A stretch of DNA of 63,872 bases, counting the filler, from Octopus bimaculoides (taxonomy: Eukaryota): the NCBI RefSeq assembly GCF_001194135.2. It is 4 parts of 4 records of this genome, joined end to end, with 100 filler letters (N's around TTAATTAATTAA, not from the genome) between each part and the next. Parts side by side here need not be neighbours in the genome. Positions count along the whole stretch, not along the records: positions 25,765 to 46,820 come from NC_068981.1; 3 more parts are not named here. The stretch is one strand, 5' to 3'. The notes under the pieces are model-generated. The model was not told where the DNA came from. It made no database searches and was given only the letters and a program-made list of their open reading frames with translations. Every line of letters starts with the position of its first letter. The stretch's first letter is position 1. Both the position numbers and the translations under genes were made by a program. Shown piece by piece: positions 26,382 through 37,417 of this stretch.

Positions 26382-26890
26382 TTATATTTGACAAGTTCGA
26401 AAGACTATAAAGGTTCTACCGGCCTTCTCTTGACTTACATCTTTTAAGTCATCATGATACCTTCCTTTTAGTTCATTGAATAATCCTACCTCCATCCTCA
26501 CAATTCGGATGTGAGGCAGCATGTCCTTATTGTCTTTATAAACCCGAGCTTTGTGATGAGCTCTAATCACTCTTGATAGTACCTCATTTTTTTCATTAAA
26601 GAAAACAATTTTTTCTTGCTCCTTGGGGTGGGGTTTGGTGATGGGTTTTTAAAAAGGGATGAGGGGAGTTTTTTCGTGTGTGTCTGTAATTGGCTTATTT
26701 GTTTTCTTTGTATGGGGAGGGGAGTCTGAGATTTGGGCCTTTTCCTCTTTTGGGATTCAACCATGGTAAATTCCAGTTCTTCCTCTGCGTTTTGAGTTCT
26801 ATCTTGTGTTTTTTCTTGTGTTTTCTCTTGTGTCTTTCCTTGTGTCTTTTCTTGTCTTTTCAGTTCTTGTTTCTCTTTTTCTCCCATCTC
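26382..26890 (-). mobile_element. LINE ORF1 C-terminal remnant (probably the same Tx1-like family as 34501)
   Basis: Two frameshifted ORFs: EKTQ repeats + KRKRPKSQTP…KKMRYYQE, then KARVYKDNKDMLPHIRIVRMEV…TFIVFRTCQI*. Family assignment is from recollection of octopus LINE ORF1s. Confidence 0.5.
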
Positions 26891-27030
26891 TAGCAGTTCT
26901 TTTTGGGGAGAGGCTTCACTCTTTTTTTAGGCTTGCGTTCAGAGCAGATGTTGACAGCATCAGCTTACCCCATCCCTTCAACATTTCTGGCCTTGTGCTT
27001 GTCTAAGAAACAATTATTGTTAATAGCAAT

Positions 27031-27240
27031 GGAATCACAGAATCATTTGAGCAATGGTCAAAATATTTTGCAGTACTTCTCGTTGCTCTTTCATATTCTA
27101 AGTTCAGAATTCCCCGAGGTTCACTTTGCTTTTCATCCCTCTGGAGTAGATTAAATAAAGTACCAGTTAAGTGCTGAGGTCAATGGTATTGACTACCCTT
27201 ATCCCACTTCAAAATATCTGGCCTTGTGCCAAAATCAGAA
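27031..27240 (+). mobile_element. SINE family B, old copy
   Basis: GTTCAGAATTCCCCGAGGTTCACTTTGCTTTTCATCCC…AAGTACCAG…GGCCTTGTGCC followed by an (ATT)n tail. Confidence 0.75.
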
Positions 27241-27410
27241 CGCATTATTATTATTATTATTATTATACTTTTCTTATAACTGGTATTTTGTAATTTACTA
27301 TCCACATGAGTAGAGAATCTTTTTTGTCAGTGTGTAATGCATGCCTGCATCCATAGATACATAGAACCACTTATTCATTTACATCTATACACAGATATGG
27401 GCATGCATAC

Positions 27411-27471
<61 letters not shown>

Positions 27472-27606
27472 TGCAGATATGTGTTATACACACTTTAATG
27501 TGTGTATATGTGTCTATCTGCATGGTTGCTTTCTTTTTCATCCATTCACACATATACATATATATGTATCTACATACCTGTGTGTGTGTGTGTGTGTGTG
27601 TGTAAA

Positions 27607-27815
27607 CAAAGGCAGAGAGCTGACAGAATTAATACTGTGCCAGAAAAATTGCTGAGCAGCATTTCTTCCGGGTTTTTACATTCTGAGTTCAAATGCTACC
27701 AAGGTCAACTTTGCCTTTCATACTTTCAGGGTTGATAAAATAAGTACCAGTTGAGCACTAGGGTCACTGTAATTGACTGGCCCCTCCCTGAAAAATTTCA
27801 GGCCTTGTGTCTATG
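27607..27815 (+). mobile_element. SINE family B
   Basis: GAGCTGACAGAATT…CTGAGTTCAAATGC…GGTCAACTTTGCCTTTCAT…AAGTACCAG…GGCCTTGTG. Confidence 0.75.
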
Positions 27816-29404
27816 GTAGAAATAATGTATGTATGTATACACACACACACACACACTTATATGTACTAGACAAAATCCTTTAAGAATAAAAAAAAAATCA
27901 AAAAGGAAGCAACACAGTTTCTGTGTGTTTGCATGCGTGTATGTGCATATTTGTGTGTGTGTATGTATATGTATATATATGTATATATATATATATGTAT
28001 TTATGTACATATACATCATGAACCCGCACATCCACATATGTTGTTGTAAATAGGGTGAGTGTGTGTGTGTGTAGGAAAAACTTTTTTTAAACTGTTGTCC
28101 AAAATATTTCAATTAGTGTACATTATTGTACCTTTTTTCATACTATCACACTGATTCCCACTCCATTCACTATAATTTTACACAGGGTTTAACAACCATT
28201 TTCTCAATTATAAAAACCACATTTCCCTTTCTGCTTTATCACCAACATCTACACACACACACACTCATTAAGAGAGACTAAAGGGTTGCACAGGTGGCTG
28301 TGTAAACACCCCATCCCTCTTCATTGGAACGAAAGCTTCATCCAAATTTTGCCACATCAGCCTTTGTTCCACCCCCTATGCCACCAGTGTGTTCTTCTTA
28401 GCATTGCCCCCTTCCCACATCTCCATTATTCATTACCAAACTCTTTTCCTCCTCCGATCGATCATTTCATCATGGTATGAGACAATGTATCATTTTAGCT
28501 GTGTATATGCATAATGTGTATTAATGTATGTTGTATTGTTTGTGTGTGAGGGGATTTCAAACTGAAAGTGTTTTTTTTTTCTCTCTTCTTCTCTCATAAA
28601 GCAGCGTGACCTATGCCCCTCTCACATTCAGTCCCTCCCCTATAAATATCTTATCGGGCAGCCCTTCTAGTACTTCTGAGATGGTTTGAACCACGACCTC
28701 AAGGGTCTGCCCCTTCCAATTTTCAGCCTCTTTTTTCATCTGTAAAATAGACATTTTTCCCTCCTTATCATAAGTTATCGTTGCTGCTATCCAAATTACG
28801 TCGTATCCTGCTGGTATTTCTACTACGGCAATTTTTGCCGTTCAATTTCATGCAGAGGGAGCAACTTTGTATCATTTCCGTTCTTTTTTATGAGATTTCT
28901 ATACTTAAAAAATTCAGCTCTAGTGTTATCATATTATCGCCTATGGCTGCCAAAAGACTGGCTTTTTTCCTTAAACACTTGTTTTACATTATCAGTTTCT
29001 TTGTTTGGTACTTTTTCTATTTCTGAGAAATCCTCCTTAGACATTACGCTGAATTCCATTATGTAATTTTACAGAAAAATAAATTCTTTAAAATGGAATA
29101 TGCAAATTGACAAAAATAGTTTTGACAAAAATTAATTTTTGCCAAAATTATTGACAAAAATTATTATTTTATTTTTTTACTCTGCAAAGGGTAAAAGTTC
29201 AAATCACAAAAGGTCCAATAGCAGTTGTTTTCAACAATATCAAAAAATTTCACAATTTTCTGCCCCACAGGGCAAAAATAACAGTTCACAAATTACCAAC
29301 AGTTCGAATTTCAACAAGTACAACAAACAGTGCAATAACAAAGAGACATAATAACAGAGAGAACTCACAAACAAGCAGCAGACAACAGGAGATGTACCTA
29401 AATG

Positions 29405-30126
29405 ATGACTGAGCAAGTTCGCATGACTCCACTTCCACCTGTTGTGGAAGCGGGGAAAGCTGCTTGTGAGGCACTCTGTTTGCTGCCAGGAACCGCTAAA
29501 GGGTGGGTTAGGGATGCCGTGGCTAATGATGTGCAGACATGCACTGAGGCTAAGACATCTCTGGCTCTACCTGGATGGTGGCTAGGTGTGGAATTTGCTT
29601 GTGAAAGAATTTTTTCCAAAACTGGCCTCCTGGAGGAATTCACTCCTGATTTAATTAAAAGACGGAACACGACTGGATAGTAAAAAGAGTGCCAACAGGC
29701 ACTTGCGCTAATCCACATGGTAGGCAAGGCCGGCAGCAGGAATACCACCTCGGTATTTTATAAAGGGATGGTAGAGTTTAAGAGCAACAACGCTCTAGGA
29801 GAGACTCTGGGGTTTGATAAAAACCAGCTAACCAACCTGCTTCATAGAATTTTCAGGGCAGGGTATTTGGATAATTACCAAAAATCCCTGACCTGGCAGT
29901 GCTATAGAAATGCATTACCTGTTCGAGATAACTTGTCTAGAAATGGCATTCCAGTGTCACTGACATGCTCAAGGTGTGGGCAGGATGAGGAAGCTGTCCT
30001 GCATGCCCTTGTACAGTGTCCGGAGATTTGGGGTTTGATAATTTACATCGAACATGTGTTGTTGCATCTAGGAAGAATACAGCTGTCAGCTGAGTCTGTG
30101 ATAAAGACTGTACCGCTAACCGGACT
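29405..30126 (+). mobile_element. Tx1/L1-clade LINE ORF2 C-terminal fragment (zf-RVT region)
   Basis: LWKRG…PLKGGLGMPWL…LRLRHL, then DNYQKSLTWQCYRNALPVRDNL…CSRCGQDEEAVLHALVQCP (CxxC…H…C). Truncated by a SINE A at 30127. Confidence 0.85.
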
Positions 30127-30367
30127 GTGGCCATGCTGGAGCACTGCCTTTAGACGAGCAAATCGACCCCAGGACTTATTTTTTGGAAGCCTAGTACTTA
30201 TTCTATCGGTCTCTTTTGCCAAACCGCTAAGTTACAGCGACATAAACACACCAGCATCGGTTGTCAAGCGATGTTGGGGGGACAAACACAGACATACAAA
30301 CACACACACACACATATATATATACATATATACGACAGGCTTCTTCCAGTTTCCGTCTACCAAATCC
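30127..30367 (-). mobile_element. SINE family A, running into gap
   Basis: GGCCATGCTGGAGCACTGCC…AAATCGACCCCAGG…AACCGCTAAGTTAC…CAGTTTCCGTCTACCAAATCC. Confidence 0.85.
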
Positions 30368-31106
30368 NNNNNNNNNNNNNNNNNNNNNNNNNNNNNNNNN
30401 NNNNNNNNNNNNNNNNNNNNNNNNNNNNNNNNNNNNNNNNNNNNNNNNNNNNNNNNNNNNNNNNNNNNNNNNNNNNNNNNNNNNNNNNNNNNNNNNNNNN
30501 NNNNNNNNNNNNNNNNNNNNNNNNNNNNNNNNNNNNNNNNNNNNNNNNNNNNNNNNNNNNNNNNNNNNNNNNNNNNNNNNNNNNNNNNNNNNNNNNNNNN
30601 NNNNNNNNNNNNNNNNNNNNNNNNNNNNNNNNNNNNNNNNNNNNNNNNNNNNNNNNNNNNNNNNNNNNNNNNNNNNNNNNNNNNNNNNNNNNNNNNNNNN
30701 NNNNNNNNNNNNNNNNNNNNNNNNNNNNNNNNNNNNNNNNNNNNNNNNNNNNNNNNNNNNNNNNNNNNNNNNNNNNNNNNNNNNNNNNNNNNNNNNNNNN
30801 NNNNNNNNNNNNNNNNNNNNNNNNNNNNNNNNNNNNNNATATTTAATCCTTTATATTGAACACTCAATATTTCATATATTCAATAAGACATATTCCATAT
30901 ATTCAATAAGACATTCAATACTTCATTTCATTGTACCATCCATCTTTTTTTTATATTATATATTATATATTCCATATCTCACATAAATTTTACAAGAATA
31001 TAAATAAAAAACATAAAAAACAGACAGAGTTGGAACTCTTTTAAATAAAATAATATATTCCTCTATACACGATCATACAAAACCCTTTTTTTTGTATTTA
31101 TTTTTA

Positions 31107-31148
<42 letters not shown>

Positions 31149-31149
<1 letters not shown>

Positions 31150-31234
31150 CAGGTCATCCCATAAGTTCTGCTCGATTTTACCTTTTTTAAAATTGAATGA
31201 AATTTTATAGTATTTTAGAATGTCTACTGGAATT
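31149..31234 (+). mobile_element. Mariner terminal fragment
   Basis: TCAGGTCATCCCATAAG, identical to the terminus at 18590. Confidence 0.55.
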
Positions 31235-32983
31235 AAATCATCGGTTCCAAAAGACATTGATTCTTGGACCCATGTGTTTCTATGAAATGACGCTGTGAAA
31301 ACCCCTCTCACACGGGACGCCATCGTGTCCTGTTACACACAGACAAACTATATACCATAGACATTAACTGTAAAAAGGAAACTGTCTCAATGGACAGGCT
31401 TAAGCAGGCATACACAGATAGTGAGACAATACCACTTCATACACCTCTCACATTCACAGTACAACATAAAACAAATGCTACTCCACTGAAACCACCACCA
31501 ACACCATCACACACACCAACCACATCTACATATGTCACTATGACTTGTAGTGGTTGCCGTGTGCATTGGCCCACCAAGTTGTCTAAAGCCATATACAATT
31601 GAACTATAATGAACTATATGTGAACATACCAAAGACTTTTCAACACGTATCACCAACAAGGCAGTTTTGTTCTTCACAATATTCCTTCGAACTTTACCTA
31701 ATCAACTTGAACATTTTGCTTATTTCTTTTCTGTTCATATTCTGTTTACCCTTACCATGCTTTGCCTTTTCATTTCAGTTTCTCATTGTTTGTTGTATTG
31801 CATCCTTCTGTTTGTATTTTATGTTCTTACCTGGGATCTTTTTTAAAACGGGGGCCACATTTTTCATTAACGAAACACTTTGAAACTTGGAACACTGGTA
31901 GAATGTGTCATATAAAACATCTTTTTCTCTTAGTCTTCTTAAAAAAAAAAAGAAATCCCTAAGTTATTCCATGTTAAAGTTGTCGTATTTCTGTAATTTC
32001 AACCAATCACTGACGTCCATTCAGCCGATATACATTAAGTGCCGACTACATAAACAAACGATTCTGAAACAATTCTATCGGTGATAGGGTTAGGGTAAAA
32101 CAGCAAATTTAAAAAGAAAAAAGCAAATAAAACGAAGAAAAAAAGAAAATGAAAAAAGCAAATAAAACGAAGCTATGGCTTAATCAACCAAAGGAGTAAA
32201 TGTAAACAACTGAATACTTGTCAGTGATTGGTTGAAATTATCGAAATAAGACAATTTTTTACATGAAATAAATTCGAATACAAAAATATTTTTCTGTTCT
32301 ATAACACAAAATAGATAAGTATTCGAAGTTTGAAAGTTTTTCGGTACCAAAAACACTACGTAAAACATTAATGAAAAATGTGGCCCCCTTTTTAAAAAAG
32401 ATCCCTTACCTGCTTTTTGCATTGAATATTTACATACGCTATCTCTATTTTTTTTCGACTTTTTCAAGTCTAGCAGGAGGCTATGTAGCAGAGCTACATA
32501 TTACATAGTAATATTTGAGTCGACCTGCACAGCAAACGAATATATCGATGAGGTGTCTAGCCTCGATTTAAAACAGTAACCTTGTTCTGAGACACTAGTC
32601 TCATTCTGAGCAACACTGTAGAAAACTCTGTAGCTTCACATGCAATCTCCCACGTGCTGTTCACCATGACACAAGATATATGGTTCGTAAATGAAGATGT
32701 TTTATCACACACACACATTCTCAAAATGACTGTTCTCATTACACACATGCATACATATTGTAATACAAATATTATATGTTACTTCTTTCAGTGCAAAAGC
32801 AAAAATCAAAACTTTCTTTGTATGTAAACACACATGTTTTTGCATCATACTACATTCTTCCACCACAAATGGTGAACACAGAATAAACAATATATTTATA
32901 CACAAAAATATCTTATGGTGATTCATACTAACTGTTTTTCCATTTAATAACATGCACTTAAACAGCCAACGACAGCCGCTATA
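31235..32983 (+). mobile_element. Gypsy/Ty3 LTR retrotransposon 3' half: integrase C-terminus, 3' UTR, PPT, 3' LTR (32484-32983)
   Basis: VPKDIDSWTHVFL*NDAVKTPL…DKLYTIDINCKKETVSMDRLKQAY…SGCRVHWP, typical Gypsy IN tail motifs (THVF, DAV, TVSxDRLK, SGRxV). Purine-rich GCAGGAGG precedes LTR TGTAGCAG…CCGCTATA. Confidence 0.8.
31833..32405. mobile_element. Non-autonomous TIR DNA transposon, 38-bp TIRs, 6-bp TSD TTACCT, nested in the Gypsy 3' UTR
   Basis: TTACCT|GGGATCTTTTTTAAAACGGGGGCCACATTTTTCATTAA … TTAATGAAAAATGTGGCCCCCTTTTTAAAAAAGATCCC|TTACCT (37/38 match). A related remnant starts GGGATCTTTTTCC at ~33414. Confidence 0.9.
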
Positions 32984-33935
32984 CAATGTTCAGCTTAAAT
33001 AATGGATAGAACTCGTTTATTATATGCTACATTATTAAACAATGTAGAATGACAACATTCGCCATCCTTGAAGAAAAACAATGAATCACGAGATAGTAAA
33101 ATTAGTAAAAGTTAACAGCAACAGTATTAACAACAATCTCCAATTAGATTGAAAACTGGCATTTATTGAATTTAACAGAGTAATAAAGTCACAAATAAAA
33201 CTTTTCAAATGGTTTAATAGTTTTCTTTGAACAACGAAGCACGTCGATATAAACGATAGATCTGCCAGAATTTGGTGAAATTTCCCCCTTGCTCTTAATT
33301 ATACAGTATCTCTCTTGAGATACAGAGTTAAGAAAAATTAGCCAAGAAAGTAAAGTGACACCTACTGAAGAACGGTGTCTAAAAAGAAAAGTGCGATCAT
33401 GAAGGGTCTCATTGGGATCTTTTCCTTTTGGCTGGCACATAGAAAAAATAATTTTTTGTAGCTAAACACTTTCAAATTTCTTATACTGATAGAATGTGTC
33501 ATTTAAAACATCATTTACTCTTGGCGTTTTTAAGAAAATTCTTTATTTTCGAAGTTATTTCGTGTTAAAGTTGTCGTATTTCGGTAATTTCAACCAATCA
33601 ATGACGTCTATTGAGGTGAAAACAATTACTGCTGTGGTTTGTCAACAAGACGTTCTAGCGATGTATATCTAGTTTCTCACTGTTATTTCTGATATATTTA
33701 CATTTCGAGATACATGTGTGTATAGTTTAATCAATTCAATTATTAGTTATTTTAGCGTTTTCGAAATTGTCTATTTTGTTTGTTGAATTATTTTCGTTTG
33801 CTTAGTGTTTAGTTACAAAAAATTAATTTCTCGATGTGCCGTTCAAAGGGAAAAGATCCCATTTTGTCCCCTCCCCCTCCAATTTCTTCATTTTTCTGTA
33901 ACTCTAACCCTAAAATCCCAACCCCAACCCTAACC

Positions 33936-34143
33936 CAAATTTTGGCATAAGGCCAGCAAGTTCGGGTGAGTGGGTAAGTCGATAACATCGATCTCAGTAC
34001 TCAACTGGAACTTATTTTATCGACCCCAAAAGGATTAAAGGCAAAGTCGACCTCAGTAGAATTTGAACTCAGAACGTACATACAGATGAAATACCGCTTA
34101 GTATACTGTTCGGCATGTTAACGATTCTGCCACCTTCGCCTTA
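33936..34143 (-). mobile_element. SINE family B
   Basis: TTTATCGACCCCAAAAGGATTAAAGGCAAAGTCGACCTCAGTAGAATTTGAACTCAGAAC…TTCTGCCA. Confidence 0.85.
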
Positions 34144-34465
34144 AAAGCCAACAAATATTGATTTCCATATTGTCTGGTTGAATCTCTTCCATTGTTTATT
34201 ATTTCAAGAATAGCCTTTTCGAAGTGTCAATCTGTAAGTTTGTGAAATTTAAACCATATTCTCTTACCAAACAATCACTCCTCCATTCCTTGGACCACCT
34301 ACCAATTATTATCACTGCACATTTATGCATCAATAAACAAAGCAAAATTTCTTTTATAAAATATATAAACCGCAATGAGATGAGTTCTACTAGCAAACAG
34401 AATCTAAGTTTTTCAGAATTCAATAAAATTATAATCACTAATATAGACAACAAAATAATTATAGA

Positions 34466-34500
34466 TGCAGGAGTGGCTTTGTGGTAAGAAGCTTGCTTCC
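34466..34500 (+). mobile_element. SINE family A head only (35 bp), joined directly to a LINE 5' end
   Basis: TGCAGGAGTGGCTTTGTGGTAAGAAGCTTGCTTCC; SINE homology stops at 34500. Confidence 0.8.
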
Positions 34501-34954
34501 GGTATAGCGTTTGTCAGTTGGGTTGTGAATTTTGAGTGTAACACACATGTTTTTTGGTTGTCTTGGCAGTACGAACTTTTTTCCTCTTGTTTAACGGAAG
34601 GGCGTCAGGTGAGGAGCTGTGAAGGCTTGAATTATTCAGACTTTGTGAACTACCCTTCTTCAGACTTTGTATCATCTGAGGAGGAGATGGTGGAATGGTT
34701 GAAAAGAATTTATTAGAAAATGGAAGCAAGAAATTATGCTGCAGTGGCAGAAAAAAAGAGTGAAGATATAAGTATGGAAGAATTAAGTAAATTTTTTTAA
34801 ATGCTTAAAAGGGAGGGGAACGAAGTGAAGATATTCCCTCCCAAAGACGTTTTAAAGGAGAAACAAGAAAGAACAATTATTTACAGGACGTACTCTGTAG
34901 CAACAAAGAGAATTGAAGTCATGTCGACGGTGCAAGTCGAAAAGGCACGAAAAG
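34501..34954 (+). mobile_element. LINE 5' UTR plus ORF1 N-terminus (Tx1-like), 3'-truncated against Gypsy gag
   Basis: About 220-bp leader, then MEARNYAAVAEKKSEDISMEELSKFF/KMLKREGNEVKIFPPKDVLKEKQERTIIYRTYSVATKRIEVMSTVQVEKA (frameshifted). Identity as an octopus LINE ORF1 is from recollection, not a search. Confidence 0.5.
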
Positions 34955-36326
34955 TTACCGGTATTCTCTATGATTCTGTCGGTGGTGGAGGCTATTTGCT
35001 CAACGGGAGTCGTCTCTACCATAGAGGCTAGGATGGCTTGGATGTTAGAGGGCAACCGGAAAAAATAGTTGTTTCAATAAAGCACTATCGGCAGGTGCAT
35101 TCTGGGCCAATTCCTTCATGTGGCGCAGAAGTTGCAAAGGTTTATGGTTGCCCAAGTGCTCATCATTGACGACGGTTTGAAATTTTCTTTCTTCCGACAA
35201 GGACGTGCGTCGAAGAATCTCCTGCTTAATGCTCCTATACGTGGCATCATGTGGAGGTCCCTCACAGTGGCTCTCAGGGACGGTGGTATTGCGCCATGCA
35301 ATATATGGAGCTGTTGGGCTTCGGAGGCAATATTGTCTGCAGCAAACGTCGATTCGATCTGTGTGAACGACACTTTCACACCACCCGTGAAACAAGGTAA
35401 GGAATTGTTATTCATGGTGAGATTTGTAACAGAAAGATGTCAATTACTGGGGAAAAGTTTGTAAAATGGCATGCAACCGTGCTGTTAGATGTAACAGATA
35501 GCTGTGTTTTGTCCACAGGGTGTATTCAAAGTTAGTGCGCATGTGCAAGAGAAAAAAAGACCATTTGGTTATTTCCCAAAAAAATTTTTTTGTTTTTAGC
35601 CCGACTCAGTTACAAGAATAAAAGTGAATAATTTTTTTGTAGGGGTATGAAAATGTGTTGGTGTAAGTGCAGTGTGTTTGTAAATGACTTTGGTGTATGT
35701 TTCCTTAGTAACACGCATTTTTCTTTGAACAAACATATATACATATATATTTTTTTTTTATATGGGGGGTCACTATTTTATAGCGGCTGTCGTTGGCTGT
35801 TCAAGTGCATGTTATTAAATGGAAAAACAGTTAGTATGAATCAACATAAGATATTTTTGTGTATAAATATATTGTTTACTCTGTGTTCACCTTTTGTGGT
35901 GGAAGCATGTAATATGATACAAAAATGTGTGTTTACGTACAAAGAAAGTTTTGATTTTTGCATTTGCACTGAAAGAAGTAACATATAATATTTGTATTAT
36001 AGTACGAATGCATGTGTGTAATGAGAACAGTCATTTTGAGAATGTGTGTGTGATAAAATATCTTCGTTTACGAACCATATATCTTGTGTTGAGGTGAACA
36101 GACATGTGAGTAGCATGTGGGAGATTGCGCGTAGAGTTGCAGAGAAGACATGTGTCTTTGACCGAAACCTGGCAGGAACTGAGAACTTCTACAGTGTAAC
36201 TAAGAACGAGGCTAGTGTCTCAGAACAAGGCTAGTGTATCAAAGCGAGGCTAGACAATTCATCAATATATTCGTCTGCTGTGCAGGTCGACTCACATATT
36301 ACTATGTAATATGTAGCTCTGCTACA
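34955..36326 (-). mobile_element. Gypsy/Ty3 5' half: 5' LTR (36326-35779), degenerate PBS, leader, gag pseudogene (35415-34955)
   Basis: The LTR is the inverted homologue of 32484-32983. It is followed by AAATAGTGACCCC (resembles the TGGTGACCCC PBS). Gag fragments: FTQIESTF…ATVRDL, ATYRSIKQEILRRTSLSEERKFQTVVNDEHLGNHKPLQLLRHMKEL…LLKQLF, PSNIQAILAS…IASTTDRI. Confidence 0.85.
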
Positions 36327-37247
36327 CCTTACAGTCTCTGTCATTGCCTGCAAACCACATCCAAGCACTGATGACACATAAGCAACAGCCATAATTTCAT
36401 TAGCCTAAAACATTGTACTGGCATAGTATCGTTTTCCGACCAAATTCATCTTGTCCACCCCAGCTATAGCCATAAGATAACTTGTGGTTGGACAGAAATA
36501 GGCTGAACAGAGGAGAGATAGTAACACGTCCAGACTATCAAACTGCACCCGAATTCATCACTGTGTATGAGAGTGTGTAGTATTATGTTCAGTTAGAGGG
36601 AGACAAAGTATAACTTGAAATGGATCTGTGGGTTGCACTTAGTTTTTTTCCTACTACCTGTGAGTCATAGGGCTGGTGGATAAGAGTTGATTTAGGGTTA
36701 CACAACAACAGCAGTAGTTTTTCAAATGAAAAAAGTTTGTGTGTTCAGAAGCAGCAGAGAGTGGCAACATTCCATTATGAGCCTCACTCCTGTTTTGTAG
36801 AGCTAACAGCATTTGTTGAGGGCTGAAGAAGTTTCTGTCTAGTTTTGAGGTGTAGTTTGTACTATGTTGTGAATGAAATATCGACCAAAGAAGTTATCAG
36901 TTATTGTGTGGTCGAATGATTTGGCGACTTAGTTTTAATTGCATACTATTGAAGGCTAGAAATAGAGCAGCACAAGATTGTATTCATTGACTTCAGTAAC
37001 TGTTTGTGCTCAGTAGCCCGCTGATAGATAGAAATTACAGTCAGCATGTGCAAGAAGCAGAGATACTTCTTAATTAAAGACATGGCTTATCTGAGTACCA
37101 ATGTTAAGTAAGCACAAATCTCACTAAACCTGGAGATAAAGAGTTTTTCCCACAAATAACTAAATGTAAAGGGTATCGTCATGAATATTTACTACAAATG
37201 TTTATTTTAATTTTAAATGGTTATTTTAATATTTTTTTTGCTTTTAG

Positions 37248-37417
37248 GTTATTTTCCCCAATAATAAAATCTAGCACGTTTTTTTTACTTTGTGGTGAGA
37301 GAACTTTGTTTAATACAATCATAGTTACTTCCCTCTAGTGATCTCCACTGAAAAAAAGTTACTCCACCAGAACAAATGTCTATGTGCTCACTACAAATCT
37401 TCAAAATACCACCTTCG
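37248..37417 (+). CDS. C1orf74-like gene, exon with 5' UTR and first coding segment (ATG 37376, MSMCSLQIFKIPPS)
   Basis: Acceptor TTTTTTTTGCTTTTAG|G at 37247/8; in-frame upstream TGA at 37349; ATG in aacaaATG context; donor TCG|GTAAGT at 37418. The phase-0 donor matches the phase-0 acceptor at 40671. Confidence 0.65.

Noticed and set aside
29717-30859. 380-aa ORF as a host gene
   Set aside because: Chimera of a Tx1 zf-RVT remnant, an antisense SINE A and an N gap.
33890-33935. AACCCTAAAATCCCAACCCCAACCCTAACCC as an interstitial telomere
   Set aside because: Only two or three degenerate units, within a DNA-transposon remnant that carries TAGGGTTAGGG-like motifs (cf. 32085).
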